This document shows, piece after piece, positions 20,675 through 29,622 of a DNA stretch of 64,000 nucleotides; positions within the stretch are counted from its first letter, which is position 1; every line of letters starts with the position of its first letter. Source of the DNA: Candidatus Latescibacterota bacterium. GTDB lineage: Bacteria > Latescibacterota > UBA2968 > UBA8231. The stretch spans positions 1,248,001 to 1,312,000 of the forward strand of contig CBDFJF010000002.1 in assembly GCA_965248265.1 (NCBI GenBank). The letters run 5' to 3'. Position numbers and translations under genes: made by a program. The notes beneath the pieces were generated by a model. It saw nothing but the letters and a program-made list of their open reading frames with translations. It made no database searches and was not told the origin of the DNA.

Positions 20675-21700
20675 TCACTCCCCGCCCCGCTGAGCGCTTG
20701 TGTCATACCTACTCACACCACCCCGTGGCTCGTCACCGATTGTCCCGAACCACATGGCCCTATCCGACGACTGATACACCGAAAACACAATATTACTCAC
20801 CAGGCCGTCGCTCGTCGTGAAGGTCTGCCAGTTCACACCGTCATACCGACTCACCCCATTGAGTGTCCCGAACCACATGGCCCCATCCGAGGACTGATAG
20901 ACCGATTTCACACGATCGTCCGCCAGGCCGTCGCTGGTCGTGAAGGTCTGCCAGTTCAGTCCATGGTACCGGCTTACACCAGCACAGCATGTCCCGAACC
21001 ACATGGCCCCATCCGAGGACTGATACACCGATTTCACATGGTTGTGCGCCAGGCCGTCGCTCGTCTTGAAGGTCTGCCAGTTCACGCCGTCATACCGACT
21101 CACACGAAAAAGTGTCCCGAACCACATGGCCCCATCCGACGATTGAAACACCGACTCCACAAGGCGGCCCGCCAGGCCGTCGCTCGTTCCGAAGGTCTGC
21201 CAGTTCACACCGTCATACCGACTCACGCTGGCCGATGTTCCGAACCACATGGCCCCATCGGCGGACTGATACATCGAAAACACAGTATCGCTCACCAGGC
21301 CGTCGCTGGTCGTGAAGGTCTGCCAGTTCACGCCGTCATCGCGACTCACACCATTCCCTGTCCCGAACCACATGGCCTCATCAGAGGACTGATACACCGA
21401 AAACACAGTATTGCCCGCCAGGCCGTCGCTGGTCGTGAAGGTCTGCCAGTTCACGCCGTCATACCGACTCACACCATTAAGTGTCCCGAACCACATGGCC
21501 CCGTCAGACGACTGGTACACCGAAAACACATTGTTGTGCGCCAGGCCGTCTTGAGCAGTGAACGCCTGCCAGACCAAAGGCGTCAGCTCCGGATCGAGCG
21601 GGTTGTCTCGCTTGGCATCCTGGCCACAAGCTCCGAGCATCAAGAGTCCAACGAGGCACCAGGCGGGCTTCTTGCAACTAAGGGCGTTATCGTATGTCAT
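20675..21700 (-). CDS. Lipoprotein with 7-blade two-component-regulator-propeller (Reg_prop) repeats
   Basis: Lipobox LLMLGA-C followed by RDNPLDP, then seven 41-aa repeats WQTFTTSDGL..N.V.SVYQSSDGAMWFGT..GVSRYDGVN. Confidence 0.85.
   Translation of the reverse strand: MTYDNALSCKKPAWCLVGLLMLGACGQDAKRDNPLDPELTPLVWQAFTAQDGLAHNNVFSVYQSSDGAMWFGTLNGVSRYDGVNWQTFTTSDGLAGNTVFSVYQSSDEAMWFGTGNGVSRDDGVNWQTFTTSDGLVSDTVFSMYQSADGAMWFGTSASVSRYDGVNWQTFGTSDGLAGRLVESVFQSSDGAMWFGTLFRVSRYDGVNWQTFKTSDGLAHNHVKSVYQSSDGAMWFGTCCAGVSRYHGLNWQTFTTSDGLADDRVKSVYQSSDGAMWFGTLNGVSRYDGVNWQTFTTSDGLVSNIVFSVYQSSDRAMWFGTIGDEPRGGVSRYDTSAQRGGE
20702..21571. repeat. Coding tandem repeat, 7 units of 123 bp (one of 126 bp)
   Basis: TGT(C/T)CCGAACCACATGGCC recurs at 20741, 20864, 20990, 21113, 21236, 21359 and 21482. 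Confidence 0.95.
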
Positions 21701-21824
21701 CCGAGGGCTTACTGTATATGAGGTACGCTGATGCATCGAAGCAAAGACCCCTACGTGCACAATGGATATAAAACCGATAGTCACTAGTCAGTCAAGTGGA
21801 TTTCGGGCCTTCAACCTCGATCCA

Positions 21825-21863
21825 GCGGGAAGTTACGACATGCCGTATGATACCCTCGACCAA
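21825..21863 (+). repeat. 39-bp near-identical copy of 19346..19384 (inside the Gfo/Idh/MocA gene)
   Basis: GCGGG(A/G)AGTTACGACAT(G/A)CCGTATGATACCCTCGACCAA, 2 mismatches. Confidence 0.85.
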
Positions 21864-21934
21864 GATCTCCATCGCGCAGAAACGGCTCCGCTTCGCCTAC
21901 CTGCGGGCGATGGGACTGAAACAGGAGACCATGC

Positions 21935-23116
21935 ATGAACGAATTCCATGTCCCCTGGGCAGCATGGTATGGCAGCGAGCCGCTCACGTTGCGATTTCCA
22001 ACGGGTTGGGAGGTGTCGGTATGCCGCATGCGCGGGGGGGAGGATATCGGCGACGCCGGGATCCGCAAGGCGCTGGCCGAACCGATTGGCGCGCCGCCGT
22101 TGCGAGACTTCGCCGCCGGACGGCACAGCGCCGCCATTCTCGTCGATGACCTGTCGCGACCGACCCCCGCCTTCCGTGTGCTGCCCTACATCCTCGAGGA
22201 GTTGCATGCCGCGGGCATCGAAGACGACGGCATCACCATCATCGGCGCTCTGGCCGCGCACCGGCCGATGATGCGGGACGACTTCGTCAAGAAACTGGGT
22301 CCCGAAATCGTCGAACGCTACCGGGTCGTCAATCACAACGCTTACGAGAATCTCGAGTTTTTAGGCTATTCCAGCCTGGGTGTCCCGGTATTCGTCAACC
22401 GCGAGTTGATGGGCTGTCAGGTGCGAATCGCGGCTGGCATGATTACACCTAGAGGAGAGATGTTCGGGGGCGGCGCCAAGCTGTTGATTCCGGGGGCCTG
22501 CGGCCAGCAGACGATCATGCTAAACCACCGGCATGTGAATGGCGAGCCCTTCCGGCCGCACCTGGACGAGGTCGCCCGGATGGCCGGTCTGGGCTACATC
22601 GTCAATCCGTTGCTGAACGAGCAGCTGGAGATCATGGACCTGGTCGCCGGAGACGTTACGGCGGCCTTCGAGCGCGGCTGCGAACTCGGCGCCCAGCGCT
22701 ACGCGACGCCGATGCCCGCGGCGGGATCGATCGACGTGGGTGTGTTCAGCGCCTTCCCGAAGGACACGGAGCTCATCCAGGCGGGACTGGCTCTCGTGCC
22801 ACTCAGGAGTTGCGGTCACGATCCCTTCACCGATGACGGCACCATCGTGATCGCGAGCGCCTGTCCCGAGGGGCTGGGATGGCACTCGGTGCTGGGGCCT
22901 GGAACGGCGCTGCGCGGCGAGGCGGGGCCGCAACGGCGCAGGACCTTCCTGTTCTCTCCCGGTGTCAATGAGTACGATTGCCAGGCATTGTACGGCGACC
23001 ACGTGTCATGGTTCCGCCGTTGGGACGAGCTGGTCGAGCGCCTGACGGCCATTCACGGCAGCCAGGCGAAGGCGGCACTATTCCCGGCCGGTGCTCTGCA
23101 GATGGCAGAGCAGTAG
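21935..23116 (+). CDS. LarA (lactate racemase/DUF2088) family nickel-pincer epimerase homologue
   Basis: DDLSRPT, ALAAHRPM, VVNHN, FGGGAKLLIPG, TIMLNH and CPEGLG motifs. AGGAG RBS. Confidence 0.8.
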   Translation: MNEFHVPWAAWYGSEPLTLRFPTGWEVSVCRMRGGEDIGDAGIRKALAEPIGAPPLRDFAAGRHSAAILVDDLSRPTPAFRVLPYILEELHAAGIEDDGITIIGALAAHRPMMRDDFVKKLGPEIVERYRVVNHNAYENLEFLGYSSLGVPVFVNRELMGCQVRIAAGMITPRGEMFGGGAKLLIPGACGQQTIMLNHRHVNGEPFRPHLDEVARMAGLGYIVNPLLNEQLEIMDLVAGDVTAAFERGCELGAQRYATPMPAAGSIDVGVFSAFPKDTELIQAGLALVPLRSCGHDPFTDDGTIVIASACPEGLGWHSVLGPGTALRGEAGPQRRRTFLFSPGVNEYDCQALYGDHVSWFRRWDELVERLTAIHGSQAKAALFPAGALQMAEQ

Positions 23117-23128
23117 CCGCGGATTCGC

Positions 23129-23703
23129 CTAGCTCTCGTAATCAACGTGCAGCTGCACCGCGTCCACGATCAGGGCGTTTGTCGCGATTCACTCACCTTG
23201 CTGACCGTAAACTCTACAGTGTTTTCCCCTCTCCTGACCTGTGCGGGGCTGAGCGGGCATTCCAGCCACTGCCCACCGGTCGATGTCTGTGACGGGCCTG
23301 CAGGGCTGAGGCCGTCGAGGACCACATCGTTGAGCTTCACGACTATCTCGTCATCTCCGGCAACATCCCAAAGGTGGAGGCGAAAACGCCATGTAGGCCT
23401 ATCGCCCGCGGTCGCATCCTCGCCTACCTGAAACGGCACGCTGACGGGCTCTCCCGGTTTCAGGTGCAGCTTGTGCGGCTCCGCCAGGCTGGACTCCCCA
23501 GGGAAACGGTCCACACCGAACATCTTGCTCTTGTCGGCCATCACAGCGGGATCACCGATCTCCCGCCAGGTATCGATATCGGTGCTGTGAAAACCGTTGA
23601 AGATGTAGACCCCGTCGGCACCTGAGTTCCAGGCATTCATCGCCGCACCGCGCCATGCGGGAGCGACTCCATCCCAGGAGTTGAACTCCTGGATGTAACA
23701 GCG
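23129..23703 (-). pseudogene. 3' fragment of a GHL10-like gene (diverged copy of the 3' end of 32086..33720)
   Basis: RCYIQEFNSWDGVAPAWRGAAMNAW... matches the intact gene. The 5' part is replaced by the mobile element at about 23704, and there is a 1-nt deletion near 23170. Confidence 0.85.
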
Positions 23704-23723
23704 CGGGATGGACCAATCCCGTG
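23702..23723. other. Candidate terIS-like hairpin at the left junction of the element
   Basis: CGGGAT-GGACCA-ATCCCG inverted repeat located exactly where homology to the host gene stops. Confidence 0.4.
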
Positions 23724-23905
23724 TACGATCAGTACGCACTCGTGGGCAGCCGTTGTTAGACCGGGGAAAATACCTCAGCGTCGCCGACGGTCTGTGACGA
23801 ACCCGGACATCCTCGCTGCGTGTGTCGCCGGGCACACACATGCGTGGCCTCCACTACCCAGCGTCCAACTCCGGGACCGACGCCCCTCTCGGGTGAACTC
23901 ACCAC

Positions 23906-23921
23906 TGGTCTCCATGTTGCA
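23906..23921 (+). promoter_or_regulatory. Sigma54-like -24/-12 motif upstream of the transposase
   Basis: TGGTCTCCATGTTGCA has GG-N10-GC spacing and a TTGCA box, 12 nt before the ATG at 23934. Confidence 0.35.
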
Positions 23922-23933
23922 TGCCGCCACGGT

Positions 23934-25397
23934 ATGCCAACCGCTCACACCCATGGCAGCGGTTTCACCTACCGTCGCCGGACCCCCGAGAAGGAGCCCC
24001 TCTACCGGGTGCTGGCCGAGCATCTTGAGACGTTCGTAGAGCGCACGCGTTCATCGGACCGCCAGCTGCCGGGCCATGTCGAAAGGGAACTGCGTGCCTA
24101 TCTGGAATGCGGCATTTTGGCACATGGATTCCTGCGGGTACGGTGTGAGGACTGTGCCGAGGACCCCGTCGTCGCATTCTCGTGCCAGCGACGTTCCTTC
24201 TGTCCCAGCTGTATGGGACGACGGATGGCGGACACGGCCGCGCGCTTGACCGACGAGGTTCTGCCGCAGGTGCCGGTGCGGCAGTGGGTGCTGAGTCTGC
24301 CCTATGAGATCCGCTATCGCCTGGCCTGGGACGGCGAGTTGGTCGGCGCACTGTTATCCGTTTTTCTGCGCGTGGTTTATGGTTGGTATCGACGTCAGGC
24401 ACGAGCGCAGGGATACGAAGACGGTCGCTGCGGCTCGGTGACCTTCGTGCAACGATTCGGGTCGTCCCTAAATCTCAATCCCCATGCCCATGTCCTCATG
24501 ATCGACGGCGTCTACATCGACGGCGAGGACGGTCTGGAGTTCGTGGCCGCACCGACTTTGGGCGATGATGATGTGCAACAGATCGTCGAAACCACGGCAC
24601 GACGCGTTGTGCGCCTGCTACAGCGCCGCGGCCTGTTGGAAGATTCCCATGCCGATCCGTTGTGGGAACAGGAGCCCCTGCTGGCGACGATCACGGCGGC
24701 CTCCATCCAGGGCCAGGTGGCCACCGGAGAGCGCGCCGGTCAGCCCGTGCGCCGGCGCCTGCTCGACCCGCAAGAAGGCATCCGCACCGGCCCGCTGTGC
24801 TTCGCCTCGCGCGGCTTCTCCCTGCATGCGGCCACCCGTGTGCCAGCCCGCCGACCGCACTCGCCTGGAAAGACTGTGCCGCTACGTCAATCGACCGCCG
24901 CTGGCGGCGGGACGCCTGCAGATCCTCGATGCCGAGCAGGTGGCCTTCGACGTGAAAACGCCCTGGTCAGACGGCACCTATCGAATTGAGCTCTCGCCAC
25001 AAGAATTGATCGAGAAACTGGCCGCCCTGGTGCCCCCACGCCGCCTCAATCTGGTGCGCTACCATGGCGTCTTGGCGCCCAACGCCGCCGCTCGGGCACA
25101 GATCGTACCCGGCCCACAAGAACAGGGGAAGGACCAGAGCCGGTCCCCGGTCGAACTGGTGAGCTGACACCCGCCCAACGCCGACACCGCCTGGCCTGGG
25201 CCGCCCTCTTGCGCAGAGTGTTCCGCGTCGACGTCACCGTGTGCCCCGGCTGCGGCGGTCATATGAAAATCGTCGCGGCACTCACCCAGCCCCGCTCCAT
25301 TGCCCGCTACCTGGAAGGCGTCGGCCTGCCACCACGGGCACCGCCGATCGCCCCGGCACGCCCCCATCCCCAACCTGAGCTGGATTTCGCCGCCTGA
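23934..25397 (+). pseudogene. ISCR/IS91-family HUH transposase with zinc-binding domain, carrying two compensating frameshifts
   Basis: CG..AHGF.RVRCEDC...VAFSC..R.FCPSC, RQWVLSLP, QRFGSSLNLNPHAH (HUH), LERLCRYVNRPP (catalytic Tyr), RYHGVLAP and WAALLRRVF...CP.CGG. There is a +1 shift near 24848 and a return to the original frame near 25110-25165. Confidence 0.92.
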
Positions 25398-25610
25398 CAT
25401 CGATTCACGGCCACAGCCAAGGCACCGCTGTGCCCTGATACGTCACTGGCAACGCCCTCCTCGCTCACAGCTGTTCACCGCACGGCACCATTCCCAGCCT
25501 CAAGGTTCATCCATCGACCGTCAACCCCCGAAAACCGCCATCAACACCGTCAAAAACAAAAAATAGCACCTGACCGATTAACGATAACCTATTTTATAGC
25601 CACTAAGCAC
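25386..25610 (+). repeat. Element right end (oriIS-side), copy 1
   Basis: 225 bp from TTCGCCGCCTGA to CCACTAAGCAC, with 4 mismatches to copy 2. Confidence 0.95.
25577..25604. other. dif-like (XerC/D-type) 11-6-11 site, copy 1
   Basis: The reverse complement AGTGGCTATAA-AATAGG-TTATCGTTAAT matches E. coli dif GGTGCGCATAA-TGTATA-TTATGTTAAAT at 7/11 and 8/11 arm positions, with the ATAA-N6-TTAT core intact. Confidence 0.55.
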
Positions 25611-25814
25611 TTGTGGTGTCTGGGCGACAAAGATTCGCTTGTCCTTTTTTGCTAAACTTTGTAGCAATTCAAAAGAACCGTCTTGGCTGTGATCATCGAC
25701 TATCACCACGCGGGACACCGCTACGACATTCAAAGCATCGTAAACAACCTTCTCAATGAAGCGTGCTTCGTTGTAGCAGGGGATAACTACCGTAATGATT
25801 TCTTTATGATCCAT
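25607..25814 (-). pseudogene. Family 2 glycosyltransferase, 3'-truncated by the element end
   Basis: ITVVIPCYNEA and VIVDDHSQDGS GT2 motifs. The ORF runs into the repeat after about 68 codons, at GTGC. Confidence 0.85.
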
Positions 25815-25938
25815 AAACTTTTAAACCTATTCATTCAACTCATCGGATTTAGGCAGCGATCTATTAGAAAGCTGCTTCTTGAGCTCAAGGCGAAATAACT
25901 GCCAAAAGACGAGTCAAATTCAATAATTGCGGGTTTAT

Positions 25939-26802
25939 TCAGTGATCGGACGAAGTGAGAAATTCCTTAACTGACTCGGAATGAGGTGAAATTTCGATTT
26001 TGAATGTGCTTATCAAAGCCCCATTGTCAAAAGCCTTTGCATACCTTAGACCCAGTAAGTTTTCGGTGTTGATCCCAATAGGTATTGAAAGAGCTTCAAA
26101 ACATTTTGCGGCCCAAAACATCAGAGAAGTCGGAACGGGTATGAACAAACGTTTTAGGCCCAGTGTCAAACAAATCGTTTTGTAAATATCTTTTACTTGA
26201 GTTGCAGGCATTTCAGCCGCGACGAATTGTCCGCTCACATCTTCTTGGAGACCGACAGTTATAATCTTACAGAGGTCCTGCCAATGGATAGTTTGCATTG
26301 GTTGGCGGCCCCCGCCGATTAAAGGGACCAGCGGAAGAGCCTTCATAATTTCAACAATGGCGCCAAACACACCACCAGAAGAAATCACCAAACCAGGTTT
26401 GAGAACAAGTGCCTTAGAGCCTGCCAGCATAGATTCTATGGCAAGCTTTTGCCTGCCATAGCGGGATCGGGCTTTGTCGTGTGCCGCCAATGAAGACAAA
26501 AATACAAATTTAACATTGGACTCTTGGCACTTTTGCCAAAGCTTAGTAGTGCCGACAACGTTTACGTCTTGGTCGTGGGAACTAACAAGCGGCTGGTACG
26601 CGCAGTGGACGAGCGCATCCAAATCCCCAAAAATTGAATCTGCGAGTTCTTGGCCAAGCTCGTATTTAACTGTATTAAATTGGGAACTAGTCGTCCGCTG
26701 CATCCTGACGACATCGTGTCCACAATTACACAAGTGCTGGCAAAGCAACTGGCCAATGTTGCCACTGGCACCTGTAACCGCAATTTTGAGAAATTTTTTC
26801 AT
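25939..26802 (-). CDS. NAD-dependent epimerase/dehydratase family (low-GC cargo)
   Basis: VTGASGNIG, VHCA, FLSS and YGRQK motifs. Confidence 0.85.
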   Translation of the reverse strand: MKKFLKIAVTGASGNIGQLLCQHLCNCGHDVVRMQRTTSSQFNTVKYELGQELADSIFGDLDALVHCAYQPLVSSHDQDVNVVGTTKLWQKCQESNVKFVFLSSLAAHDKARSRYGRQKLAIESMLAGSKALVLKPGLVISSGGVFGAIVEIMKALPLVPLIGGGRQPMQTIHWQDLCKIITVGLQEDVSGQFVAAEMPATQVKDIYKTICLTLGLKRLFIPVPTSLMFWAAKCFEALSIPIGINTENLLGLRYAKAFDNGALISTFKIEISPHSESVKEFLTSSDH

Positions 26803-28424
26803 TGAGCGATCAGGCCCTTTGCCACCCTGTGAGCATTGGCCATAATAGAAAATGTCAATCCATTAGAAGGAAGGAAATTGAAGCCACTTGAATCGGCGCA
26901 GTATACACTTTGGGTCCCGTGAATTCGCCCGTCGCTTGCCTGGGTCAAAGGGACATCATTATTGGAAAACGGGAGCGTGCCAGCATAATGGATTGAAGAG
27001 CCATGTTGTAACTTTTGTTTGGTCAACGGTATTAGTCCCAGCGCTATGTATGCTCGTTTGATTTTGTTGTCAAAAGCCAGATCCTCGCTTTTCTCACTGT
27101 TTGATAACTTGTAGTCGATGTGTAATTTATCCCCTGTAGGAGAAGATGAATCTGCAACCAACTTGAGTCTTTTTTGGTCCGTGATGGAATCAGGGTGGTT
27201 TGTAGTTGTAATCACGATTGCCGAGGAAATGGCGTGCATCAATCTGCGTGCATCTTTGGTCGATAAAGGTACTTCTTTAATAAGTTTAAAAAGTAGCAAT
27301 GAACGATAGGTATACATTGAAACGGTTCTATGGCTGTGTTTAGGATCAACGCAGTACATGGTCAGCTGACCCATGCTTGTTTTAAGTTGATCTAGAGGTG
27401 TGCCTAACATCCGGTAGTGGAGGCAAGGGCTAATGGCGTAGTGATTGGTCAATATGGGGACCGGCTCCTGGGACCCAAAAGAGCGCAATACGATCCGAGC
27501 TGTACCCAAAGCGCTCGATCCCAGGATCAACTTCCGACAGGTAAGGATCTCTTCTTCGCGGCTTTCTTGGCGAAGGCAATGTAATTCGACAAGACCCTTG
27601 GATGTTTCTTTGAAGCTTTTCACAAACAATCCGTCTAAATATTCAAAATTTGGATTCGTTTTAAGCGCATCAATAGTAAAGCGGGGCCTGTATACGGATT
27701 TGCCATGATCGATCCAAAACTCCATGTCAGAATAGTCGCAAGCTCGCCGGTCGGCCAAAGCTTGGGTCAGCACAGCAAAGGGAGTCTGTCCCAAAAATAC
27801 GCCCATCGATTTATTGAATTTATTTTTGCCACGGTCGTAGGCGGCCAACAATCGGCTGGACGAGTTGTCCTTTTGCATGGGCTTTTGTATTGACTCGATC
27901 CCTTCCCCACAAAAAGGCCAGATGTCGTCGTGGCTTCCGGATACACCAATCCTATCGGCAATATGCTCATAGGCTTGGCGCATGCTGTTGATTGGGAGCG
28001 ACATTTTTTCTAGTTCTTGGTTGGTAAACGCAGCACAACCAGCCCCCCAACCGTTTCCCAGGCCGCCATAGGCGAGGCTTTCCATGAAATTGAAATCATC
28101 GGATTTGCTTGTCAAAAATTGATCTACGCCATCAACGATGAACTGCCGCGGCGGCGTCAGCGAGTGTTTTGCTACTCCCCAGGGAAATCCCTCGAAATTA
28201 TTTCCTAAAAAATAGCTGCGTTGGTCTTCTTGGGTTTGGCGGATGGATACAAAATCTTGATCGGGGACCAACTGATTATAGTGGTTGGGTTTGTGCCCTA
28301 CATCCACCATAGCCACATTTTGGCCCGACTCCACTAGTGTTTGTGCAGCGTGTGCACCGCTCATGCCTGAGCCAACAACTATAAAGTCTTTAACATTCAA
28401 TTGTTTATTGTCCTTCACGTTCAC
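26799..28424 (-). CDS. GMC-family FAD oxidoreductase (low-GC cargo)
   Basis: IVVGSGMSG, GGLGNGWGA, HYAGT and C-terminal ADSS...PS..LT..IMANA.RVA. Confidence 0.85.
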   Translation of the reverse strand: MNVKDNKQLNVKDFIVVGSGMSGAHAAQTLVESGQNVAMVDVGHKPNHYNQLVPDQDFVSIRQTQEDQRSYFLGNNFEGFPWGVAKHSLTPPRQFIVDGVDQFLTSKSDDFNFMESLAYGGLGNGWGAGCAAFTNQELEKMSLPINSMRQAYEHIADRIGVSGSHDDIWPFCGEGIESIQKPMQKDNSSSRLLAAYDRGKNKFNKSMGVFLGQTPFAVLTQALADRRACDYSDMEFWIDHGKSVYRPRFTIDALKTNPNFEYLDGLFVKSFKETSKGLVELHCLRQESREEEILTCRKLILGSSALGTARIVLRSFGSQEPVPILTNHYAISPCLHYRMLGTPLDQLKTSMGQLTMYCVDPKHSHRTVSMYTYRSLLLFKLIKEVPLSTKDARRLMHAISSAIVITTTNHPDSITDQKRLKLVADSSSPTGDKLHIDYKLSNSEKSEDLAFDNKIKRAYIALGLIPLTKQKLQHGSSIHYAGTLPFSNNDVPLTQASDGRIHGTQSVYCADSSGFNFLPSNGLTFSIMANAHRVAKGLIAQ

Positions 28425-28819
28425 TTAATCACAACCTTGACAATTATATATCCCAAAATGCTGCGAAGACTCGCACTGGCCATTGCCGCCGCAAACTTCA
28501 ACCAGTCAATTGGCCGAAACTTTTGCGGCAAAAATTTATCTGTATGGCGTGTTGAGGTTTCTAGGATGGCTAACATTAGAGTGATTTTTTTGCGAATCTG
28601 ACAATGAGGTGCATTAATCCTCAGACCAGCATCAAAAATCCCCATCAACATAGAACTCCTTACCATGCTAGTCCAAATTGCCTTATGGTTTTGACTCTCC
28701 AATTCCATGTTTGTGCAGCCGTGAGCTCTCATATAAGCGCTAATCTCGTCGTCAGAAGGAGATATGCCTATAAGATATTTTGAAATTGCGATTGCTTCAA
28801 CGCGTAAAGGCCCCATCAT
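28421..28819 (-). CDS. Hypothetical protein (cargo), translationally coupled to its neighbours
   Basis: 132-aa ORF with 4-nt overlaps to the genes on both sides. Confidence 0.65.
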   Translation of the reverse strand: MMGPLRVEAIAISKYLIGISPSDDEISAYMRAHGCTNMELESQNHKAIWTSMVRSSMLMGIFDAGLRINAPHCQIRKKITLMLAILETSTRHTDKFLPQKFRPIDWLKFAAAMASASLRSILGYIIVKVVIK

Positions 28820-29622
28820 TGGTGCCTTTTTCGTAGGACGAAAACACCATGCAATGCTGAAAAAATTTTGATGGGGCTCATTAGTCCTTCCAAAAGCTTA
28901 ACTGGTGCAATCATAAAATCTGGGAGCAGTTGTCGAAAATTGAGGCCTCCAGAAAAAAAATATCGCAAATAGTTTCCGATAGGGTTTTGGTATATCAGTT
29001 CAAGATCTGGAAAGTCATTTTTAAATTTTTCCAGGTCGCGTTTGAATACGATATACGATAAGGCCTGATTTGCATTTGTCATATGGCCAAGTTCTTTGCC
29101 TTGCTGCCAGCCCTGCTGTTTTTTATCAAAGTGTTCGGTGTTGTGGACATTTGCGTGAAACGCTGCCGAAACAGGACCATAATGGGGTTCAATTAAAACG
29201 CAGCCACCGCCAGGAATCAGGGTCCTTTGAAGTTGTTGAAAAAAAAGTTCGGGCCTGGGGAAGTGATGGAAGCAATTCAAGCCAAAAAAAGCTCGGACGG
29301 ATTCATCATCAAAATCCATTTCTTGGGCGTTTAAGGTTTTATCTAAATGCGGAGCGGGGACAATGTCTGTTACGATCAAATCCGGACAATAGTTTTTGAA
29401 CAAACTAACCCCCGCGCCCAACTCGACAAGTTTGCCGTCGCCGGAGAAAAACCTTTCATTCATGCGCAGGCATTCGAAATAAAACTCTTCAAAAACACCG
29501 AGCATCACGGCCTTTGATTGCAGGATTTCCTTGTGAACTAAAATCCTGTGTTCATCGTCCACATTTATATTTTTCATTCGGGGATCTGAGAGAATTGACC
29601 GTAGTACCGCGATAAAAGTCAT
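28816..29622 (-). CDS. Class I SAM-dependent methyltransferase (cargo)
   Basis: VELGAG, TDI, FHH and L.PGG..VLIEP motifs. Confidence 0.85.
   Translation of the reverse strand: MTFIAVLRSILSDPRMKNINVDDEHRILVHKEILQSKAVMLGVFEEFYFECLRMNERFFSGDGKLVELGAGVSLFKNYCPDLIVTDIVPAPHLDKTLNAQEMDFDDESVRAFFGLNCFHHFPRPELFFQQLQRTLIPGGGCVLIEPHYGPVSAAFHANVHNTEHFDKKQQGWQQGKELGHMTNANQALSYIVFKRDLEKFKNDFPDLELIYQNPIGNYLRYFFSGGLNFRQLLPDFMIAPVKLLEGLMSPIKIFSALHGVFVLRKRHQ

Noticed and set aside
20702-21571. Regular repeats as a CRISPR array
   Set aside because: The units are 123 bp and in-frame coding, with no unique spacers and no cas genes.
20645-21721. 358-aa plus-strand repetitive ORF
   Set aside because: It is the antisense shadow of the Reg_prop gene; the open frame simply propagates through the repeats.
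23042-23703. Flanking duplication as a target-site duplication
   Set aside because: It is about 660 bp, only 85-90% identical, and the second copy lies 1.5 kb beyond the element end.
23713-23740. Third dif-like site at the element's left end (CAGTACGCACT resembles a XerC arm)
   Set aside because: The partner arm and ATAA-N6-TTAT core are missing. It does contain a GCAC that could be an alternative left boundary.
24840-25170. Programmed frameshifting in the transposase
   Set aside because: No clear slippery heptamer, and IS91/ISCR transposases are single ORFs. Error or decay is more likely.
25300-25566. ORFs reading through the 225-bp end (also the tail of 30077..30469)
   Set aside because: These are read-through into non-coding element sequence; the shared peptide only reflects the DNA repeat.
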